Shown: positions 59,982 through 64,000 of the stretch, in pieces | Numbering within the stretch: position 1 is the stretch's first letter | Layout: every line of letters begins with the position of its first letter | Source of the DNA: an uncultured Erysipelotrichaceae bacterium | Lineage (GTDB): Bacteria > Bacillota_I > Bacilli_A > RF39 > UBA660 | DNA length: 64,000 nucleotides | Assembly: GCA_902783895.1 (NCBI GenBank) | Contig: CACZST010000034.1 | Span: 23,748-87,747 of the forward strand | Reading direction: 5' to 3' | Translations under genes and position numbers: made by a program | Notes under the pieces: generated by a model | What the model was told of the DNA's origin: nothing | The model's input: only the letters and a program-made list of their open reading frames with translations | The model's database searches: none

Positions 59982-61304
59982 TTAAGCTGTTTTACGATAT
60001 TTAAATTTATATGTTACATCAAGTTTTTTATCTTCTCTGTAAGCAAAATCTGGGAGATCCATTTTAACTTTTTCTTCAAATTCATCAAGTGGTAATGGTT
60101 CTTTTAAAACTTTTAAAGATAATATTTCATATACTTCTCTATATCTTGTGACAGTTCTTGTTTCTTCACTACGATAAATTTCATTAGAACCATTTACTTT
60201 ACTCTCATCTTCCCATGATGAGAAACTACCATATGTTGCGGTATCTTCATCCTTTAAGTTTAAACCTACTGGAGCATAAGAATATAACATACTATATTTT
60301 CTTTTTTGACCATTATACCAACGCCATTGTTTATCTCTATATCTGTATAATTTGGCGGGATCTGGTTCTTGCATATTATATTTTGTTTGATCTACTTCCT
60401 CTGGATTAACATATTGACCACTTTTATAATAAACTTTTTTGCCATTTTTATCTTCATAATAATATCTATATCCATCTACTGATTGAATTTCACGGTATGA
60501 TTTAGCTTCTGGAGAATTTTGTGAATAATCTGTCCAGTCAGTGTATACAGATACTTGTTCATCTTTGTTTGCATATCCATCTGGCATTTCAGATGAATAT
60601 TCCGAATAATCGCCTTCAATATCATACCAGTTCCACATTAAATCTTGATATCTGTATTGAATTTTATCTTCAGTTTCAATATCAATTATTTTACCTTCTT
60701 TTGGAACTATTGGTAGTGTATCTTCATCTTTTGGAAGATATACTCCATATTTAGATTCTTTATCAGATATTTGGTCCTGGGTATAGTACTCTGACCATGC
60801 GGTATTATTTATTTCTTTTTCATAATAGTTATAGTAAGGAATAACATCTATTATCGCGTGACTTGATGGATATGCAGAAGTTTCATTACTCCAATCTCCA
60901 TATCTTATGTTTGTAGAACATTCTTTGCATCCTCTTACATCTAAAGTATAAAGATAAGTTTCTTTGTATTTCGTTACTTTTACAGTACCAGAGCATCTAA
61001 TATCGTTGGTTTGTGAACTTCTTAAGAATCCATCATATAATTTATCAATGTGAACTATAGTGTTTTCACCTTCTATTTCTGGTAATTCTTCTCTATCCTT
61101 TAAGTAATTTAATGCGGATTGTTCGATAGCTTTATATATTTTATCACAAGTGTTATTTTGAACCATTGTATATATGATTAATCCAATTATAATTAAGGGA
61201 ATAACTGTACCAAAAAGGAAGAAACACGCTAAAAGTGGTTTCTTATTTTCAAATGATTGATTTACGACATTTCCTGATTTATCCACATATGTAGGTCTTT
61301 TCAT
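59982..61304 (-). CDS. membrane-anchored Tyr/Trp/acid-rich hypothetical protein with internal (Y)RYxDxxWxWY repeats
   Basis: 440 aa; single N-terminal TM; repeats IQYRYQDLMWNWYDIEGDY / LYRYRDKQWRWYNGQKRKY. Confidence 0.5.
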   Translation of the reverse strand: MKRPTYVDKSGNVVNQSFENKKPLLACFFLFGTVIPLIIIGLIIYTMVQNNTCDKIYKAIEQSALNYLKDREELPEIEGENTIVHIDKLYDGFLRSSQTNDIRCSGTVKVTKYKETYLYTLDVRGCKECSTNIRYGDWSNETSAYPSSHAIIDVIPYYNYYEKEINNTAWSEYYTQDQISDKESKYGVYLPKDEDTLPIVPKEGKIIDIETEDKIQYRYQDLMWNWYDIEGDYSEYSSEMPDGYANKDEQVSVYTDWTDYSQNSPEAKSYREIQSVDGYRYYYEDKNGKKVYYKSGQYVNPEEVDQTKYNMQEPDPAKLYRYRDKQWRWYNGQKRKYSMLYSYAPVGLNLKDEDTATYGSFSSWEDESKVNGSNEIYRSEETRTVTRYREVYEILSLKVLKEPLPLDEFEEKVKMDLPDFAYREDKKLDVTYKFKYRKTA

Positions 61305-61420
61305 GAATATCCCCTCTATTCTAATTAATATTTTAACATAGATAATTGTTTTTTTAAAGTATTTATTGACGAAAAAGAATTAACACTTTTAGTTAATTCT
61401 TTAAGATAATATCATCTTTT

Positions 61421-62548
61421 TTAAATCCTTTTATTTTTTGTCATTTTTTTCGTAATTATTACAGCTAAAGATATAAATATAATTCCAATAGATGCGATTA
61501 TTATAGACATCTGAGCGGATGTGGATGGTACTTCTACTAATTGCCTGTTATCTATATCGACTTCATTATTATTTTCTTCATCTTTTGTTTCTTCAACATA
61601 TTTTGAAACTGTATATGGATTAGTCTCTGTACCTTCTCCATTTAGTGTAGTTTCAGAGGATAGGTAGAATGCGGGACGGACATACATATTAATCCATGTG
61701 TGTTGATAACCTAAATATCCTCGACCAGTTGTAATACTTGAATTATATCTATTTGCATTCTCGGAGTAGGAAGAAATCGTCCATTCACTATTCTTAGGAT
61801 ATAAATAATTATGCGTTTCACTATTATTGTAACACGATGAATTTCCATTGGCATAGTAATAATCTTTTATACTTATGCAAGCACTATTATTAGAACCTTT
61901 AATATAATCTATAGCGCTAATCAAAGCTACTTTACCTTTCCATTTATATGCTGTTTCTTCTTTTACACTTTCTTTTAAATCTTCTTGATTATAATTTATT
62001 ACTCCTACACCCCAATATTTTTCCTTAATGTATTCTTTAATATTATCACTTAATCCGTTATAAAAATCATTATTTAAATATGTATTTAATGTTGACTCCT
62101 TTTCTGGAAGATTCTTTAAGTTCCCTCCTATCTCCCATGACATTTGGATTACTTTGTTTCCACTCTCATCTAACATAGTCTCATTACTTCCCCAGACTTT
62201 GCAGCCAAGTGAACCAGTTGAATAGCAAAAATCATCACCAGCCTTCGATGGTCTTGAATCACCCTTGTCCCAAGGCGTTTCCCCAATACTATCTTGTTTT
62301 ACTACTTTTATAGTTCCATCTTTTTCTACTGATATTATTCTGTAAAGGTCATCACCTAATTTAATATAGTTATTTGGATTCCCACCCCTATAAATATATC
62401 TTCCATCTATAGTGGAATCTACATATAAACCATCTCCTGACGTTACTACATTTTTCTTTAAGATATCTGCAGTTTTTTCCATAGCTTTTACTGGATAAAA
62501 AGATATACTTAAAAGAATTACTGAAAGTGTAAAAAATAATTTTTTCAT
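61421..62548 (-). CDS. surface-protein family paralog (intact reference copy) with VEVPSTSA + TM + basic tail
   Basis: 375 aa; signal peptide MKKLFFTLSVILLSISFYPVKA; all conserved family blocks present. Confidence 0.75.
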   Translation of the reverse strand: MKKLFFTLSVILLSISFYPVKAMEKTADILKKNVVTSGDGLYVDSTIDGRYIYRGGNPNNYIKLGDDLYRIISVEKDGTIKVVKQDSIGETPWDKGDSRPSKAGDDFCYSTGSLGCKVWGSNETMLDESGNKVIQMSWEIGGNLKNLPEKESTLNTYLNNDFYNGLSDNIKEYIKEKYWGVGVINYNQEDLKESVKEETAYKWKGKVALISAIDYIKGSNNSACISIKDYYYANGNSSCYNNSETHNYLYPKNSEWTISSYSENANRYNSSITTGRGYLGYQHTWINMYVRPAFYLSSETTLNGEGTETNPYTVSKYVEETKDEENNNEVDIDNRQLVEVPSTSAQMSIIIASIGIIFISLAVIITKKMTKNKRI

Positions 62549-62587
62549 ATATTTAATCCTCTCCTACTTTACTATACCCATTTTATC

Positions 62588-62607
62588 AAAAAAAAAAAAA
62601 AAAAAAC
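62588..62607. repeat. A(20) on + strand, T(20) on the coding strand: a homopolymer in the promoter spacer of the surface-protein gene 61421..62548, replacing T8/T7 at the same position in the paralogous promoters
   Basis: Coding-strand context attacttg-T20-gataaaatgggtatagtaaagtaggagagg, versus attac-T8-gctaaaatgggtatagtaaaaataggaggag upstream of 49756 and T7 upstream of 17595. Confidence 0.7.
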
Positions 62608-62648
62608 AAGTAATATTTTTGATAAATAAATTTACTTGTTTATAACTA

Positions 62649-63200
62649 TTAAATATATATTTTACTATTTTTTTCTGGTCCCATTTTTGTATCTTTATCT
62701 TGCATATATTTTTCTATAACTACTGTTTTCCCTTCTTTTAGGGATTTTTGTACATCAATAACCCTTTGGTTTCTAGAACCTCGGAAATATATATTTAGAC
62801 TTCTTTCAGCTAATATGAATTTACCATCTATTAAAACATCAACGTGTTTTAATAGGTCTAACATTGGTTTTCTTTTTAGTAAGTCTTCATATGTAAATCC
62901 TGTGTAACACCAAACGGTAAGTCCAATTTCATGAGCATGTTTGGCGATTTCAGCGGATGCTTGCGGTTGGAAAAGTGGATCTCCTCCGGATAAAGTTATA
63001 CCATCTTGACCTTCTAATTTGTCAAGTTCTTTATTTACTTCATCTGTGTCGGTTAGAAATCCACCATTAAAATCCCAAGTCTCAGGGTTGTGACATCCGG
63101 GACATGCATGAGCACAGCCTTGAGTCCATATAACTGTTCTAATACCTTCACCATCAACTATACTATCAGGTTGAAGGGTACTAGCTAAACGAATTTTCAT
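62649..63200 (-). CDS. nrdG: anaerobic ribonucleoside-triphosphate reductase activating protein (radical SAM)
   Basis: 183 aa; CAHACPGC cluster motif; its ATG overlaps the TAA of the upstream glycyl-radical ORF (TAATG). Confidence 0.85.
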   Translation of the reverse strand: MKIRLASTLQPDSIVDGEGIRTVIWTQGCAHACPGCHNPETWDFNGGFLTDTDEVNKELDKLEGQDGITLSGGDPLFQPQASAEIAKHAHEIGLTVWCYTGFTYEDLLKRKPMLDLLKHVDVLIDGKFILAERSLNIYFRGSRNQRVIDVQKSLKEGKTVVIEKYMQDKDTKMGPEKNSKIYI

Positions 63201-63355
63201 TATTTTGTAATGCCAGTAGTGTCGTGTTTTACTCTATCATGTTCTTCGGCTTTTTTTCCATTATTGAATTTATCTGTAGTTCCAACTAAGTAACCTGTAA
63301 TTCTTCTTATTCTTTCAAATTTTACACCTTGTCCAACTAATTTTTCTTTTTCCAT
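63200..63355 (-). CDS. stand-alone glycyl-radical domain ORF corresponding to the NrdD C-terminus (51 aa)
   Basis: Hand-translated MEKEKLVGQGVKFERIRRITGYLVGTTDKFNNGKKAEEHDRVKHDTTGITK. RRITGYL..FNNGK..E..RVKH matches the NrdD glycyl radical region (E. coli RRVCGYLGSPDARPFNAGKQEEVKRRVKH). AGGAGGA SD sits 7 nt upstream of the ATG. It is in frame with the upstream nrdD ORF, separated from it by a TAG and 4 codons. Confidence 0.65.
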   Translation of the reverse strand: MEKEKLVGQGVKFERIRRITGYLVGTTDKFNNGKKAEEHDRVKHDTTGITK

Positions 63356-63367
63356 AATAAATTCCTC

Positions 63368-64000
63368 CTATCTTCCGCAGCAAGTTAGGTCTGCGTTTTT
63401 TACTCTTTCTATTGGTACGCCTTCACAATCTCTTCTACCACATCCTGGGCAGTAATCTCCAATTACTCCATTAAATCCACATACTGGATCACGGTCTACT
63501 GGGTGGTTGATTGCAGCGTATCCCATTTTATTATCGTGCATTAAGCGAACGATTTTTTCAAAAGCTTCGACATTTGAAGCAGTGTCACCGTCAAGTTCGA
63601 TGTAACTGATATGTCCACCATTTGTTAAGGCATGGTATGGACCTTCTATTTTTAATTTATCCGCGATTGAGATATTGTAATATACTGGAACGTGGAATGA
63701 ATTTGTATAGTAATCTCTATCAGTAACACCTTTTATTTTTCCATAAATTGCTTTATCAATATTTGTAAATCTTCCTGACAATCCTTCAGCAGGAGTTGCG
63801 ATAAGTGAGAAGTTTAAGTTATATTCTTCAGCATATTTATCAGTTTTATCTCTCATGAATTTAATAATTTTTAATCCTAATTCTTGAGCTTCTTTACTTT
63901 CACCTTGATGCTTACCAATTAGTGCTTTTAAACATTCAGCAAGTCCGATGAAACCAACTGTTAATGTTCCGTGTTTATATACTTTTCTTAATCTGTCATT
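63368..64000 (-). CDS. nrdD: anaerobic ribonucleoside-triphosphate reductase, catalytic body, partial (N-terminus beyond right window edge); ends at an in-frame TAG before the glycyl-radical region
   Basis: The frame is open to position 64000 (…RLRKVYKHGTLTVGFIGLAECLKALIGKHQGESKEAQELGLKIIKFMRDKTDKY…). C-terminal Cys-rich ribbon ...CGFNGVIGDYCPGCGRRDCEG...LTCCGR then TAG at 63368-63370. Confidence 0.8.
   Translation of the reverse strand, partial: NDRLRKVYKHGTLTVGFIGLAECLKALIGKHQGESKEAQELGLKIIKFMRDKTDKYAEEYNLNFSLIATPAEGLSGRFTNIDKAIYGKIKGVTDRDYYTNSFHVPVYYNISIADKLKIEGPYHALTNGGHISYIELDGDTASNVEAFEKIVRLMHDNKMGYAAINHPVDRDPVCGFNGVIGDYCPGCGRRDCEGVPIERVKNADLTCCGR

Noticed and set aside
63368-63370. 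In-frame TAG in nrdD read as pyrrolysine (UAG recoding)
   Set aside because: No pyl genes are visible, pyrrolysine is essentially restricted to methylamine methyltransferases, and the SD and ATG placed right after the TAG favour termination and reinitiation.
1-64000. Possibility that this very AT-rich genome uses genetic code 4 (UGA as Trp, Mollicutes-like)
   Set aside because: Long ORFs are intact with TGA as stop, prfB (RF2, which reads UGA) is present with its UGA-dependent frameshift site, and PBPs and sporulation genes indicate a walled Firmicute.

Overview
This is a strongly AT-rich, low-GC Firmicutes chromosomal window (about 30% GC or lower by eye, not computed). It uses the standard bacterial genetic code: long ORFs are intact under code 11, and prfB carries the canonical UGA-based +1 frameshift site. 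Most genes are on the minus strand. The housekeeping backbone is efp, rpmG, two PBPs, nfo, rpsT, tmcAL, pyk, mutM, serS with a T-box leader, polA, polC, rnr, prmC-prfA, rpoE, ftsE-ftsX, prfB and nrdD-nrdG. Endospore-associated genes sit among them in Bacillus-like synteny: gpr-spoIIP next to rpsT, yabG-veg-spoVG-yabP-yabQ-divIC, yunB, yutD, a gerQ-like gene and lemA. Together with the PBPs this points to a cell-walled spore-former, plausibly Erysipelotrichia/Clostridia-like. Accessory content includes a DinJ-YafQ toxin-antitoxin pair plus a Fic gene between polA and polC, a second Doc-like Fic gene, a tandem pair of kinase-fold paralogs, and an orphan type IV pilin-like gene. Three items stand out. 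(1) A tightly packed roughly 9 kb operon-like array (49821..58876) holds five paralogous cytoplasmic proteins and two small paralogous partner ORFs. Each large protein has a highly conserved roughly 220 aa N-terminal domain of unknown function and a C-terminal block of BspA-type 23-residue leucine-rich repeats whose number and sequence vary. This is the best candidate for an undescribed system. (2) A dispersed five-member family of secreted or anchored surface proteins carries a non-canonical VEVPxTS + transmembrane + basic-tail C-terminus. One copy is a nonsense pseudogene, one has a poly-A(13) tract in its signal-peptide coding leader, and another has a poly-T(20) tract in its promoter, so both tracts are phase-variation candidates. 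(3) nrdD is interrupted by an in-frame TAG exactly between the catalytic body and the glycyl-radical domain. A perfectly placed SD and ATG restart a separate 51 aa glycyl-radical ORF that is translationally coupled (TAATG) to nrdG. The ORF track misses a partial coiled-coil gene at the left edge, rpmG, and the frameshifted true start of prfB.
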